DNA of 64,000 bases from a virus (IMGVR_UViG_2529292920_000018:1-64000); one strand, 5' to 3'. Positions 47,776 through 58,262 are shown, numbered from the stretch's first letter. Notes: a model not told the origin generated them from the sequence alone. Numbers and translations: made by a program.

Positions 47776-47841
47776 AACGGGAAGGATGCCGCCGGGTCAT
47801 ACCGGCGGCAATGTGACGATGAGGTGTCGGGAATGGCACAA

Positions 47842-48294
47842 CTAACGGTCGAGGTGAGCCAGGATAATCTCTTCAATCATCTGCACATCCTCACAGGTAA
47901 AGCCGAGCAGAGGACGCGCCGGATAATCAATTTTCTTACCGTCTTTCCGGTTTTCTTCCGACAGACCGAACTGATGCACACTGGCGATTTTCGGCGACTT
48001 CCCGCCGTAAAATTCCATTGATGCCTGCTCCGGGCTGGCACGGATATGCAAAAAACGACTGGTGATAAGTTTCGCAAACATTTTTCGCTTAACACGACCG
48101 GTCTTTTTTCTGGCGCTCTGCTGCTGGCGTGGCGCGTAGGGTGTGCCGTCCGGGGCTTTCTGAGCCATCACCCGACGCTGCTGACTCTGCCGCAGACGTT
48201 TCGCCAGTTCGGCGCTCAGTCGCCGACGCCCTGACGGTGACAGCGATTCAATCAGTCCGGTCAGCCGGTCTTCAAAACGCTTAAACTCATTCAT
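47842..48294 (-). CDS. S: Tail completion protein gpS-like
   Basis: 150 aa; P2 order. Confidence 0.7.
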   Translation of the reverse strand: MNEFKRFEDRLTGLIESLSPSGRRRLSAELAKRLRQSQQRRVMAQKAPDGTPYAPRQQQSARKKTGRVKRKMFAKLITSRFLHIRASPEQASMEFYGGKSPKIASVHQFGLSEENRKDGKKIDYPARPLLGFTCEDVQMIEEIILAHLDR

Positions 48295-48754
48295 CCCACT
48301 TGCTCACCAGTTCGCCATTGATATAAAGCTCCACCGGGCGGGTGACCGGCTCCGGCGGCGTGGGTTCCGGGATATTCTTCACATGCAGTGCGCCGTCCAC
48401 CTCACTGACCAGCGTGCGCTCGGTCAGCATCAGGCTGATGCTGATATCAAAGCTGCTGTCATTGTTGATGTCTGCATAAAACGTGAAGCCCTTTTTCTGG
48501 CCTGCGTCGGTGGTCATGATGTCGGGCTGATTTTCCCGCAGCCACGCCAGCACCGGCACGATGAGCAGGTCAAAATCACCGGTAAAGTCGGTCACAATCA
48601 CATTGAGCGTGTAACGCTTTTCGAATGACAACGACGTCGCCAGCGTGGAGGCAATACTCCCGTTATCAACGAATATCCGCAGCATCTCGGGACTGGTTTT
48701 CAGCACCGTGACGGCATCAGTCAGCGCCCTGCGCAGGCTGTCGGGTTTGAGCAT
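48287..48754 (-). CDS. R: Tail completion protein gpR-like
   Basis: 155 aa; P2 order. Confidence 0.7.
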   Translation of the reverse strand: MLKPDSLRRALTDAVTVLKTSPEMLRIFVDNGSIASTLATSLSFEKRYTLNVIVTDFTGDFDLLIVPVLAWLRENQPDIMTTDAGQKKGFTFYADINNDSSFDISISLMLTERTLVSEVDGALHVKNIPEPTPPEPVTRPVELYINGELVSKWDE

Positions 48755-49007
48755 CGTTTTCGTCCTGACAGTGTTTAATCATTTTTACCTGGCTGGCACA
48801 GCGTGCCAGCGCGTTCTCAAGCTGCCGGATATCGGCACTTAAATCGCCGTTCGTCTCCGGGTCACTGCCCGGCATCGGGCAAAGACTCACTTTCGGGCAG
48901 GCGTTGTGGACAATCACTGGCGTCAGTGCAGGCCGGGCGCTGGTGCAACCGGCGCACAGCATCAGGCAGGTCAGCACCGTACCAGCGGCGAAAATCCTCG
49001 TTTTCAT
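48717..49007 (-). CDS. lysC: Outer-membrane spanin (LysC-like lipoprotein), overlapping the LysB 3' end
   Basis: MKTRIFAAGTVLTCLMLCAGC signal/lipobox-like N-terminus, Pro- and Cys-rich. Confidence 0.45.
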   Translation of the reverse strand: MKTRIFAAGTVLTCLMLCAGCTSARPALTPVIVHNACPKVSLCPMPGSDPETNGDLSADIRQLENALARCASQVKMIKHCQDENDAQTRQPAQGAD

Positions 49008-49287
49008 TAAGTAACCTCGTGATGGTTTTCTCGCGCTGTGCTTCACGTTTCGCGGCGTTCTCCAGTTCCTGACGCAGTGCCACCTGCGCCAGCTCGTTTT
49101 TGTCTGCCCTGGTGAGGGCAACATGAAGCTGATTTTTCAGCATGGTGATGGTCGTCTGCTGTTCACTGGCGACGTTATTCGCCCTGTCCAGCGAGGCGCG
49201 CAGGCTGGCATTTTTGTGTTTCACCAGAAACAGACCGGCCACCGCCAGTGATAACAACACAACCAGCACAGTCATCAGCTTTGACAT
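48862..49287 (-). CDS. lysB: Inner-membrane spanin (LysB-like)
   Basis: N-terminal TM helix then coiled-coil; P2 lysis cassette order. Confidence 0.6.
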   Translation of the reverse strand: MSKLMTVLVVLLSLAVAGLFLVKHKNASLRASLDRANNVASEQQTTITMLKNQLHVALTRADKNELAQVALRQELENAAKREAQREKTITRLLNENEDFRRWYGADLPDAVRRLHQRPACTDASDCPQRLPESESLPDAGQ

Positions 49288-49700
49288 GGTTCCCGCCCCT
49301 CAAAACGCTGACGGCAGGCCGTACGTATCAGCCGGAAAAACAGCGACGCCACAAGATAAATCAGCGCAGTAAAAATCCACCCGGCAGCGACCAGCGAGAT
49401 AAACGTCACCACCATCACCACCAGAGCCGCCGCCCGTCTGCGCCACGGCACCGGCTGCAAAAACAGCGACGTGACAATCTTCACGGCCAGCGATTCCGGC
49501 GGCAGCTCCCGCCCGTAGCGTTCCAGTACATACTCCGTGGCATACACGCCGACACCACCGGCAACCACACAGATAACCGTCGCCAGAATCGCCCAGGTGG
49601 CGACAAAACTGACGGCCACGCTCTGCGGGTAAGTCAGGGACAGTGCCAGCATCAGCGTCAGCGACACGTTCAGCATCAGTGAAAGGGATAATTTCTTCAT
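49275..49700 (-). CDS. lysA: LysA-like membrane protein
   Basis: 141 aa, multiple TM helices; between lysozyme and spanins. Confidence 0.5.
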   Translation of the reverse strand: MKKLSLSLMLNVSLTLMLALSLTYPQSVAVSFVATWAILATVICVVAGGVGVYATEYVLERYGRELPPESLAVKIVTSLFLQPVPWRRRAAALVVMVVTFISLVAAGWIFTALIYLVASLFFRLIRTACRQRFEGREPCQS

Positions 49701-49714
49701 GGTGTTTACTCCGT

Positions 49715-50212
49715 TTAAGCCGGTACGCCGCCAGCGGTACGCCAGACGGTGACCAGTTTTTCCAGTGAATGCTCACGCTGACCGTAACCGGCACCCGGCA
49801 GGGACGCCCAGATATTGCGACAGCGTGAAATGGCGCGCTCAATGCGTCCCGCCCGGATGTCGTCCAGTGCACCGCGTTCGCGGATCAACTGAATGGCGAG
49901 CCTGTCCTGTGACAGCGGACTGAAATCCGGCAGGGCAAGCTGTTTGCGGTAGTGCGGCCAGAACAGGTAAAGCTGCTGATAGCGACCGGAGGCCGTGGAT
50001 TTTTCACCGCGACGGTTAAACACCTTCGCCGGTCGGCCATGCGCGAACGGGTGGTCACTGTAGTCAGTGAAGATTTCCGGCTTTCCGTCCAGTCCGGTGA
50101 CTATCACGTCATAGCCCCGGTTTTTCGTCAGCGGATGGTTCGCCGTCCCTTCGGACACGGCCAGCATGTCGAGAAAGGCCGCGATATTCTGGTGCGTGTT
50201 AATTACCGGCAT
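49715..50212 (-). CDS. K: Endolysin (lysozyme, gpK-like)
   Basis: 165 aa; follows holin. Confidence 0.8.
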   Translation of the reverse strand: MPVINTHQNIAAFLDMLAVSEGTANHPLTKNRGYDVIVTGLDGKPEIFTDYSDHPFAHGRPAKVFNRRGEKSTASGRYQQLYLFWPHYRKQLALPDFSPLSQDRLAIQLIRERGALDDIRAGRIERAISRCRNIWASLPGAGYGQREHSLEKLVTVWRTAGGVPA

Positions 50213-50493
50213 TACTGTTTCCCCCTGCCCTTAAAACGGCGCTGAATGGCAATCTCAATCACCTGATAACCGGCGATACCCAGCATGGAGCCGATGCCGC
50301 ACACCGCAGGCAGTGACAGGTCAGGAAACTGCACCAGAACAACACCGGCGACCATCGAGACAAAACCACCGAGCAACATGCGCCCGATAAACAGACGCGG
50401 GGTGATGGGTTCACCACCGGCAAGCACCTTGCCGACAACAATCAGCACCCCAATCATGAAAAGCGACAGGACGCTTTTTTCTTCTGCTGTCAT
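50212..50493 (-). CDS. Y: Holin (gpY-like)
   Basis: 93 aa with three hydrophobic helices and charged C-terminus. Confidence 0.7.
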   Translation of the reverse strand: MTAEEKSVLSLFMIGVLIVVGKVLAGGEPITPRLFIGRMLLGGFVSMVAGVVLVQFPDLSLPAVCGIGSMLGIAGYQVIEIAIQRRFKGRGKQ

Positions 50494-50496
50494 GCG

Positions 50497-50700
50497 TTAC
50501 TCCCACAGATTGACAGTTTCAGCCACGGGCGCGGTCTGAACGTCGGGCAGTTCGACGGCGGTGCCGTGTGGCAGCACCGCACCCAGTTCAGCCAGTCCCG
50601 GATTTGCGGCGAGCACGGTTTCAACCACGCCCTCAGTGCGCCCGTAATACCGGACACAAATGGCGTCGAGCGTGTCGCCCTGTAGCGCAAAGGTCTTCAT
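50497..50700 (-). CDS. X: Tail protein X
   Basis: Start at MKTFALQGDTLDAICVRYYG; LysM-like. Confidence 0.7.
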   Translation of the reverse strand: MKTFALQGDTLDAICVRYYGRTEGVVETVLAANPGLAELGAVLPHGTAVELPDVQTAPVAETVNLWE

Positions 50701-51209
50701 CAGATTTGACTCACGATGCAGCGCGGCTTGTCCTGGATGCGCGCCACTGCCCAGCGCATATCCCGCCACAGTTCATCAATGGTGCTGTCAATGCTGTCGG
50801 CCTTCTTGTCGCCTTTCGCACTGGCATCCACGCCGCGATAACGCTCATAAAGCGATGCGGTCGCCATCGCACACACGGCGCGCTCGTAGTAAAAAACTTT
50901 GATGCTTTCACCGTCGATGTCGTCCGCCGGGACGTCAGCCAGACGCGTAAAACCGGCGGCAATTTTCTGTTCGCGGTACTCGTACAGCTCCGCATTCGTT
51001 TCAGCCATGCCTGACTTGATGGCCTCACGCAGACGGGCGGGGGCGACGGTCTGCTCAAGGCGCATACGTTCCCGGACGCGCTTCGGGTCGATATTGGGAA
51101 AAAAGAACGTGTTTTTAATCACCGGCTCGTCGCCTGCCGGTTGCGGGATGACCACCGTACCCTCACCGGATACGGGAGCCTCCTTTCGCGGAATAATCAG
51201 CGTCATCAT
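50700..51209 (-). CDS. L: Head completion protein gpL-like
   Basis: Start at MMTLIIPRKE; P2 order. Confidence 0.75.
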   Translation of the reverse strand: MMTLIIPRKEAPVSGEGTVVIPQPAGDEPVIKNTFFFPNIDPKRVRERMRLEQTVAPARLREAIKSGMAETNAELYEYREQKIAAGFTRLADVPADDIDGESIKVFYYERAVCAMATASLYERYRGVDASAKGDKKADSIDSTIDELWRDMRWAVARIQDKPRCIVSQI

Positions 51210-51308
51210 GACTACCTCTGAAAAGTCGGGCGGTGGACGCCGGTGCAGTGTCAGATGATTCACCCTCACTGACCGGCGTGCCGCCCTGGCGCGGGGCGCA
51301 TTCGGTTG

Positions 51309-52052
51309 TTAACTGGCTTTCTTTTTCGGGCGTCCACGTTTTGCCGGTGTCGCACTCCGGGTCTTACGCGGGGCGCGGGTGGCCGCTTTGGGCTGCGGCT
51401 CCGGCTTCGGTTTCAGCTCCCGCTCCAGTCGTTCAATCTCTTTTTTGACGCCTGCCTGACAGTCGAGCTGTGTCGCACGTTGCAGGTGAGCCAGCGCACC
51501 GGCGGCATCACCAGCGTCACGCAGAAACAGACCGGTGATTTTGTGCAGCTTTGCGCGCACTTCATCAGGCATGTCAGCCGTGGCGGTCAGTTCAAGGGTG
51601 TCCGTCAGCAGGCGGGTATCCACAGACTCACCGGCAGCGTGGGCACGCATGGCCGCGAGTGCCACCTCCTCGGTGAACATGTACGGCGGGGTACGGCGGT
51701 GTTTGCCCGGCATGGTCAGACCGTACTTCAGGGCATAACGGGCAATCTCCAGCGCACCGGCAATATCGCCGGTATCCAGACGCCACAGCATGACCGTCAT
51801 CAGAATGTCATCCTGTGCACCTTTGCCCTGCTCCAGCACGCCGTTCACCCACGGCAACCAGAACGGCAGCAGTTCGCGCTTTTTCGCGGCCTTAAGCTCT
51901 TTTGAATAAATCGCTTTCAGTGTGCGCTGGTCTGCGGCCAGCTTGACCAGCATCTGCTCATAGACAGTTGCATGTCGCAGCGGGGCGGCTTCCCGCTGCG
52001 CGGTCATCGCTGCCGAGACCCGCATCATGTGGCGCTGTGCGGGACTCGTCAT
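51309..52052 (-). CDS. M: Terminase small (endonuclease) subunit gpM-like
   Basis: 247 aa with basic C-terminus; P2 order. Confidence 0.8.
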   Translation of the reverse strand: MTSPAQRHMMRVSAAMTAQREAAPLRHATVYEQMLVKLAADQRTLKAIYSKELKAAKKRELLPFWLPWVNGVLEQGKGAQDDILMTVMLWRLDTGDIAGALEIARYALKYGLTMPGKHRRTPPYMFTEEVALAAMRAHAAGESVDTRLLTDTLELTATADMPDEVRAKLHKITGLFLRDAGDAAGALAHLQRATQLDCQAGVKKEIERLERELKPKPEPQPKAATRAPRKTRSATPAKRGRPKKKAS

Positions 52053-52055
52053 CGG

Positions 52056-53129
52056 TTACGCTCCCGGCTCTGCGGTCGCCTTAGCCGGTGTGGAGAAATC
52101 ACCGACCTTGATTTTTTCCACCAGACAACCGGCGGCGTAGTCTTCCACCACATAATCAATGTTCATTGACTCGTAGTTCTCCACGCGGTCGAGTTTCGGG
52201 TTTTCCTCAATCACGCGGCGATGGCTGTCATCCATGTAGTAGATGGACAGGTTTTCCAGCTTCGTGATGAGCATCGCATCCGCCGGGAAGTACGGGACGC
52301 GTACCGCCGGCAGGTTACCGATGCGTTTCTGGCTGATGATGACGTCAGCGGCCAGCATTTCGCTGTTGTCCTGCTCCCTGTTGACGATGGGGAAATACTT
52401 GTCCGCCAGTAGCTGACGTCCCACAATCACCACAAGGTCATGGTCTTCCTGATACCACGGCTCAATCAGGTTATTGGTCGCATCCATCACCAGTGCGTCA
52501 AGGCTGGCATAATCACCGCCCTTGCCCACGCGGATGACCTCAGAGGTCGTGTGCCCTTCCTCGTCAGTGACCTTGCTCATCACGCGCGCCGGTGCTTCAT
52601 TGCGGTATTTCTGCAGCCAGCCGACCGCCACATCCTGCAGCATCGGATTACTGCTGCGGTCAGAGGTTTCGGCACGCCTCACGCCGTTAAAACCGGCCAT
52701 GATTAAATCAAGGGACTGGCGTTTGATAATGGCGTTACGGACACGGAGCTGGAAATCCTGATAACGCGCCCACAGGTCCAGCGTTTTGTAGCGGATATAA
52801 AAATCGAAGTTAATCTGGTCGCATTCGTACTTGTTTGACGCCAGCTTCGAGAAGTCCTTCGGCTGACGCTCGGTGCCACCGGCGGTGTCGGTGGTGCTGG
52901 CGATGGAGCCGGTGACACCGATGCCAATTTTTTCCCCTTTCATTTCGCTGACCGGCACAATGTTGATGCGGGTCAGAAAGTCAGAAGACTCCTGCATAGT
53001 GTTCATCAGGGTCTGGGTGACCGACGGTTCAACGGTGAATTTTTTCGACACATCACCGGCGTCGATGCCGTTCAGTTCGGCAACACGGGACAGGTAGGCA
53101 TTAAATTTAAAGCGGGTTTCCTGGCGCAT
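52056..53129 (-). CDS. N: Major capsid protein gpN-like
   Basis: 357 aa; P2 order. Confidence 0.85.
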   Translation of the reverse strand: MRQETRFKFNAYLSRVAELNGIDAGDVSKKFTVEPSVTQTLMNTMQESSDFLTRINIVPVSEMKGEKIGIGVTGSIASTTDTAGGTERQPKDFSKLASNKYECDQINFDFYIRYKTLDLWARYQDFQLRVRNAIIKRQSLDLIMAGFNGVRRAETSDRSSNPMLQDVAVGWLQKYRNEAPARVMSKVTDEEGHTTSEVIRVGKGGDYASLDALVMDATNNLIEPWYQEDHDLVVIVGRQLLADKYFPIVNREQDNSEMLAADVIISQKRIGNLPAVRVPYFPADAMLITKLENLSIYYMDDSHRRVIEENPKLDRVENYESMNIDYVVEDYAAGCLVEKIKVGDFSTPAKATAEPGA

Positions 53130-53187
53130 AGTTTTTCCTGAAATTAAGGGTTAATCGTGAAGGTTTTCCCGGACTGACTGACGCCGG

Positions 53188-54042
53188 TCAGCAGTTCGTC
53201 ATCAGGGCGTCACCGCCACCGCCGGTGGCCTTGCTGCGGCGCTGCTGGGTCAGACTTTCGGTGTGGTCGAGACTGTTTTTCAGGCGGGTGAATGCCTGAC
53301 TGGTTTCATCCGCCCTGTCAGTCACCTCCTGCTTAAGTGCGGAAAAGGCGGTTTCCATCTCAGCAAGGCGCTGCTCAGTAGCGCTCAGTTTTTCCTGCAC
53401 ATGCTCAGCGACAGCGGTCACCGCTTCATGCACGTCATTCAGACGGGCGTCATCGCTGGCCTGTTTGCGGCCAAAAATGGATTTCACCTTTTCGGTCAGG
53501 GCTGTGAACACGGTTTCAGGCAGGTCTTCAAATTCCAGCTCAACAGGCGTTGCCACTGAAATCAGGTTTTCAGGGCTTAATTTGAAGCGATTCAGGGGGT
53601 TGTGTTTTGCCGTGCGGCAGAATTCCAGGTATTCCGTGCCGAGGCTTGCCGGGTCATCGGTGACGGCCAGCCCCACCAGATAACATTTGCCGGTGTTGGC
53701 AAAGTTCGGCTCAATTTCCATTGAGGTGTAGACCTTCTGCGCGGCCTTGTTCATCGCGATAAGGTCATCGGTCGGGGTGATTTTCGCAAACAGCGCCCAT
53801 TTGCCTTTCAGCGCCGAATCATCGTCAATCTTTTCGGCCTTCAGTTCGGCCACATCGCCATAACGTTTAAAAATACCGTCAGGCAGGATGCCGCGCAGAT
53901 GTTCCAGGTTAATGCGGCAACCATAGACGCGCGGGTCAAAGGTTTCGGCCATTTCCTGAATATCCTGCGCACTGATGACACGCCCGTCACAGGTGTCACC
54001 CTCAACGCCGATACGAAAGAATTTTGAGACTTTTTTTGCCAT
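53188..54042 (-). CDS. O: Capsid scaffold protein gpO-like
   Basis: Start at MAKKVSKFFRIGVEG; P2 order. Confidence 0.8.
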   Translation of the reverse strand: MAKKVSKFFRIGVEGDTCDGRVISAQDIQEMAETFDPRVYGCRINLEHLRGILPDGIFKRYGDVAELKAEKIDDDSALKGKWALFAKITPTDDLIAMNKAAQKVYTSMEIEPNFANTGKCYLVGLAVTDDPASLGTEYLEFCRTAKHNPLNRFKLSPENLISVATPVELEFEDLPETVFTALTEKVKSIFGRKQASDDARLNDVHEAVTAVAEHVQEKLSATEQRLAEMETAFSALKQEVTDRADETSQAFTRLKNSLDHTESLTQQRRSKATGGGGDALMTNC

Positions 54043-54215
54043 TGTCAGGAGTCCTGAATAGTGATTAGAGGAGTCACATGTCGGCATCAGTTTCCCGACG
54101 ATGCGCATCCTCCGCCATCAGTCCCGGATGGCTTATCACTGACACAACAGCACCTTAGCGAATCGCGTGGCGCGACTCAGTAGCCTTGCCGTGTATTCAT
54201 CACGGCGAGGTATTC

Positions 54216-55988
54216 ATGACCATCACCACAGACACCACTCTTTTACACGACCCGCGTCGTCAGGCGGCGCTGCTGTACTGGCAGGGATTTTCCGTGCCGC
54301 AGATTGCCGCCATGTTGCAGATGAAACGCCCGACGGTGCAGAGCTGGAAACAGCGCGACGGCTGGGACAGCGTTGCCCCCATCAGCCGTGTCGAAATGAG
54401 TCTGGAAGCGCGGCTGACCCAGCTCATCATCAAACCGCAGAAAACCGGCGGTGACTTCAAGGAAATTGACCTGCTCGGACGCCAGATTGAACGACTGGCA
54501 CGGGTCAACCGTTACAGTCAGACCGGCAACGAGGCAGACCTTAATCCGAACGTCGCTAACCGCAACAAAGGCGGGCGTCGCAAACCGAAAAAGAATTTTT
54601 TCAGTGACGAGGCCATCGAAAAGCTGGAGCAGATTTTCTTTGAGCAGTCTTTCGACTATCAGTTGCACTGGTATCGCGCAGGGCTTGAGCACCGCATCCG
54701 CGATATCCTGAAATCCCGCCAGATTGGCGCGACGTTTTATTTTTCCCGCGAGGCGCTGCTGCGCGCCCTGAAAACCGGTCATAACCAGATTTTTCTGTCG
54801 GCCAGTAAAACGCAGGCGTATGTGTTCCGCGAATACATCATCGCCTTTGCCCGGCTGGTTGACGTTGACCTGACCGGTGACCCGATTGTCCTGGGCAATA
54901 ACGGCGCAAAACTGATTTTTCTCGGCACCAACTCCAACACCGCGCAGAGCCATAACGGCGACCTGTACGTCGACGAGATTTTCTGGATCCCGAATTTTCA
55001 GGTACTGCGTAAGGTGGCATCAGGTATGGCCTCACAGAGTCACCTGCGCTCGACCTATTTCTCCACCCCGTCCACACTGGCGCACGACGCCTACCCGTTC
55101 TGGTCGGGTGAACTGTTTAACCGGGGACGCGCCAGCGCCGCCGAACGCGTGGAAATCGACGTCAGTCATAACGCCCTTGCCGGTGGGCTTCTCTGTGCGG
55201 ACGGCCAGTGGCGGCAGATTGTCACCATTGAGGACGCCCTGAAAGGCGGCTGCACGCTGTTCGACATTGAGCAGCTCAAACGTGAAAACAGCGCCGACGA
55301 TTTTAAAAACCTGTTCATGTGTGAATTTGTTGACGACAAGGCGTCGGTGTTCCCGTTCGAGGAGCTGCAACGCTGCATGGTCGACACGCTGGAAGAATGG
55401 GAAGACTATGCGCCGTTTGCCACGAATCCGTTCGGCTCCCGCCCGGTCTGGATTGGTTACGACCCGTCACACCGTGGCGACAGTGCCGGATGCGTGGTGC
55501 TGGCACCGCCGGTGGTGGCCGGTGGCAAATTCAGAATACTTGAGCGTCACCAGTGGAAAGGCATGGACTTTGCCACCCAGGCAGAATCCATCCGCAAACT
55601 CACCGAAAAATACAACGTCGAATACATCGGAATTGATGCCACCGGCCTCGGTGTCGGCGTGTTCCAGCTCGTTCGCTCGTTCTATCCCGCCGCGCGCGAT
55701 ATCCGCTACACGCCGGAAATGAAAACCGCAATGGTGCTCAAGGCAAAAGACGTTATTCGCCGTGGCTGTCTGGAATATGACGTCAGCGCCACCGACATCA
55801 CCAGCTCGTTCATGGCTATCCGCAAGACCATGACCAGCAGCGGACGCAGCGCCACCTATGAGGCCAGCCGCAGCGAGGAAGCCAGCCACGCCGACCTCGC
55901 CTGGGCGACCATGCACGCCCTGTTAAATGAGCCACTCACCGCCGGTATCAGCACTCCGCTGACATCCACCATTCTGGAGTTTTACTGA
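54216..55988 (+). CDS. P: Terminase large (ATPase) subunit gpP-like
   Basis: Start at MTITTDTTLL; divergent from O as in P2. Confidence 0.85.
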   Translation: MTITTDTTLLHDPRRQAALLYWQGFSVPQIAAMLQMKRPTVQSWKQRDGWDSVAPISRVEMSLEARLTQLIIKPQKTGGDFKEIDLLGRQIERLARVNRYSQTGNEADLNPNVANRNKGGRRKPKKNFFSDEAIEKLEQIFFEQSFDYQLHWYRAGLEHRIRDILKSRQIGATFYFSREALLRALKTGHNQIFLSASKTQAYVFREYIIAFARLVDVDLTGDPIVLGNNGAKLIFLGTNSNTAQSHNGDLYVDEIFWIPNFQVLRKVASGMASQSHLRSTYFSTPSTLAHDAYPFWSGELFNRGRASAAERVEIDVSHNALAGGLLCADGQWRQIVTIEDALKGGCTLFDIEQLKRENSADDFKNLFMCEFVDDKASVFPFEELQRCMVDTLEEWEDYAPFATNPFGSRPVWIGYDPSHRGDSAGCVVLAPPVVAGGKFRILERHQWKGMDFATQAESIRKLTEKYNVEYIGIDATGLGVGVFQLVRSFYPAARDIRYTPEMKTAMVLKAKDVIRRGCLEYDVSATDITSSFMAIRKTMTSSGRSATYEASRSEEASHADLAWATMHALLNEPLTAGISTPLTSTILEFY

Positions 55989-57022
55989 TGAGTAAGAAAA
56001 AAGGGAAAACACCGCAGCCAGCGGTGAAAACAATGACTGCCAGCGCCCCGAAAATGGAGGCATTCACCTTTGGTGAGCCGGTGCCGGTACTCGACCGCCG
56101 TGATATTCTGGATTACGTCGAGTGCATCAGTAACGGCAGATGGTATGAGCCACCGGTCAGCTTTACCGGTCTGGCAAAAAGCCTGCGTGCTGCCGTGCAT
56201 CACAGCTCACCGATTTACGTCAAACGTAATATTCTGGCCTCAACGTTTATCCCGCACCCGTGGCTTTCCCAGCAGGATTTCAGCCGCTTTGTGCTGGATT
56301 TTCTGGTGTTCGGTAATGCGTTTCTGGAAAAGCGCTACAGCACTACCGGTAAGGTCATCAGACTGGAAACCTCACCTGCAAAATATACCCGCCGTGGCGT
56401 GGAGGAGGATGTTTACTGGTGGGTGCCATCCTTCAACGAGCCGACACCTTTCGCGCCCGGCTCCGTGTTTCACCTGCTGGAGCCGGATATCAATCAGGAG
56501 CTGTACGGCCTGCCGGAATATCTCAGCGCCCTTAACTCTGCCTGGCTGAATGAGTCAGCCACACTGTTCCGCCGCAAGTATTACGAAAACGGCGCGCATG
56601 CCGGATATATCATGTACGTCACCGATGCCGTGCAGGATCGCAACGATATCGAAATGCTTCGCGAAAACATGGTGAAGTCGAAAGGCCGCAACAACTTTAA
56701 AAATCTGTTTCTCTATGCCCCACAGGGAAAAGCCGACGGCATTAAAATTATCCCGCTCAGTGAAGTGGCGACGAAGGACGATTTTTTTAATATCAAAAAA
56801 GCCAGTGCCGCAGACCTGCTGGACGCGCACCGCATCCCCTTTCAGTTGATGGGCGGCAAGCCGGAGAACGTCGGGTCGCTGGGTGATATTGAGAAAGTGG
56901 CAAAGGTCTTTGTCCGCAATGAGCTTATCCCGTTACAGGACAGGATCCGCGAGATAAACGGCTGGCTCGGTCAGGAGGTCATCCGCTTTAAAAACTACTC
57001 ACTGGACACTGACAACGGCTGA
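55988..57022 (+). CDS. Q: Portal protein gpQ-like
   Basis: 344 aa; downstream of P, next to cos. Confidence 0.85.
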   Translation: MSKKKGKTPQPAVKTMTASAPKMEAFTFGEPVPVLDRRDILDYVECISNGRWYEPPVSFTGLAKSLRAAVHHSSPIYVKRNILASTFIPHPWLSQQDFSRFVLDFLVFGNAFLEKRYSTTGKVIRLETSPAKYTRRGVEEDVYWWVPSFNEPTPFAPGSVFHLLEPDINQELYGLPEYLSALNSAWLNESATLFRRKYYENGAHAGYIMYVTDAVQDRNDIEMLRENMVKSKGRNNFKNLFLYAPQGKADGIKIIPLSEVATKDDFFNIKKASAADLLDAHRIPFQLMGGKPENVGSLGDIEKVAKVFVRNELIPLQDRIREINGWLGQEVIRFKNYSLDTDNG

Positions 57023-57027
57023 ACATC

Positions 57028-57049
57028 GCCGCCTGCGGGCGGCTTTTTT
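57028..57049 (+). terminator. Rho-independent terminator after the portal gene
   Basis: gccgcc-tgcg-ggcggc hairpin followed by tttttt. Confidence 0.6.
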
Positions 57050-57191
57050 ATACCCCGTCATCACGCCCTCACACGCTCACCACCGCACAAAACAGCCCGC
57101 ATACACACCAACGCCCCGGCGGACAATCTAAACGCCATCACGACGCGCTCAGACGCTGAAAAAATAAAATCAGCACCACCGCCAGCGCGCA

Positions 57192-57210
57192 GTGCTTTCC
57201 CCGCCTCGCC
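57192..57210. other. P2-type cos site (19-nt cohesive-end sequence)
   Basis: gtgctttccccgcctcgcc is the reverse complement of GGCGAGGCGGGGAAAGCAC, the P2 cohesive end as I recall it. Confidence 0.6.
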
Positions 57211-57370
57211 CGCCCGCTTCATGGGGCGGTTTTAATGCAGTTGCATTACCATACAGAAGTACTGCCACGTCTGACAATTCATAGCTAGAATGTATAGCAT
57301 ATGTTGCATGCAAAATAATGCATATAAAGAATGCTTTTCACTCAATACTTCATCATACGATTTTGTTGGC

Positions 57371-58153
57371 TCATTTTAGAAGCCCTATTATAGCTGCAAT
57401 CATACTTCCTACGCCGCCGACTGCTGCGAAAAAAGTAGCCCAAAACATTTTCTTCTGAGTACTCAAATTCTCTCTGTACCGCACCTCATCTTTATTGAAT
57501 GTAGATATTGTGTTCAGTGCCTTTCCTGTTGGCCTAAATCCACTACTTGTTTCAACAAGATCTCCATTCTGAACAAGAGAATTCAGGCATAAACGAAGCT
57601 CTTTACGCATCCTGTTTTTATCGTCATGGTATACCCATAAACTACCAGCGACTTCGGTCATTATTGAAAACTCACTAAACACAGTTTGAGCATCCCATTC
57701 ACGATACATTCTTATAATCGTTGAGAGAACAAACATCACATCAGTTATTTCTTTTTTTTGCTGTCGATAAATATATTTTTCACGACTAAATTTTATATTT
57801 TCATAATTAGACCTTACTCTAAAGAACAACTCCCTTAAAAATGTTAAATCATTTAAAGAGTTAAATCGCAACTCATGCGCACGGTAGTAGTAAACACCAA
57901 AAAAAGAATCAGGCGTAACCTCAGAAATATCCAAGCATGAACTTATATGAAATCTACGCTCCTCATCATCCCATTTAAAAGCCTTTATCTTCCCATCAAC
58001 CAAACAGTCAAAGAGGTATTCTGTATCATTTTTATCTTTAATATATACAGAGTACATATCATACTTAATCGCGTTTTCATATAACAAACTAATACGGCCA
58101 TCATCTGGCGTTCTTTTCTTATCAAACTTCTTAAGTTGGTTTATAACTTTCAT
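57371..58153 (-). CDS. Hypothetical tail-anchored membrane protein (cargo gene B at tin/old hotspot)
   Basis: 260 aa; single C-terminal TM helix MFWATFFAAVGGVGSMIAAIIGLL; AT-rich codon usage; no recognised family. Confidence 0.5.
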   Translation of the reverse strand: MKVINQLKKFDKKRTPDDGRISLLYENAIKYDMYSVYIKDKNDTEYLFDCLVDGKIKAFKWDDEERRFHISSCLDISEVTPDSFFGVYYYRAHELRFNSLNDLTFLRELFFRVRSNYENIKFSREKYIYRQQKKEITDVMFVLSTIIRMYREWDAQTVFSEFSIMTEVAGSLWVYHDDKNRMRKELRLCLNSLVQNGDLVETSSGFRPTGKALNTISTFNKDEVRYRENLSTQKKMFWATFFAAVGGVGSMIAAIIGLLK

Positions 58154-58212
58154 AACATTCTCGCAGTGCTAATCTCATACGCAACAAATCTCGGCTCTGC
58201 CGCTCTAATAGT

Positions 58213-58253
58213 CAAAAAATGCCGACACCCAATTAAATATTCAGCGTCGGCAT
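58213..58253 (-). terminator. Possible terminator between the two cargo genes
   Basis: Stem atgccgac/gtcggcat with long loop, followed on the minus strand by TTTTTT. Confidence 0.35.
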
Positions 58254-58262
58254 TGTAAGATA

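Noticed and set aside
54043-54215. Ogr-type late promoter elements (TGT-N12-ACA) in the divergent O/P region
   Set aside because: I could not find a convincing match by eye, and ogr itself appears lost with the 3' end of D; left unannotated
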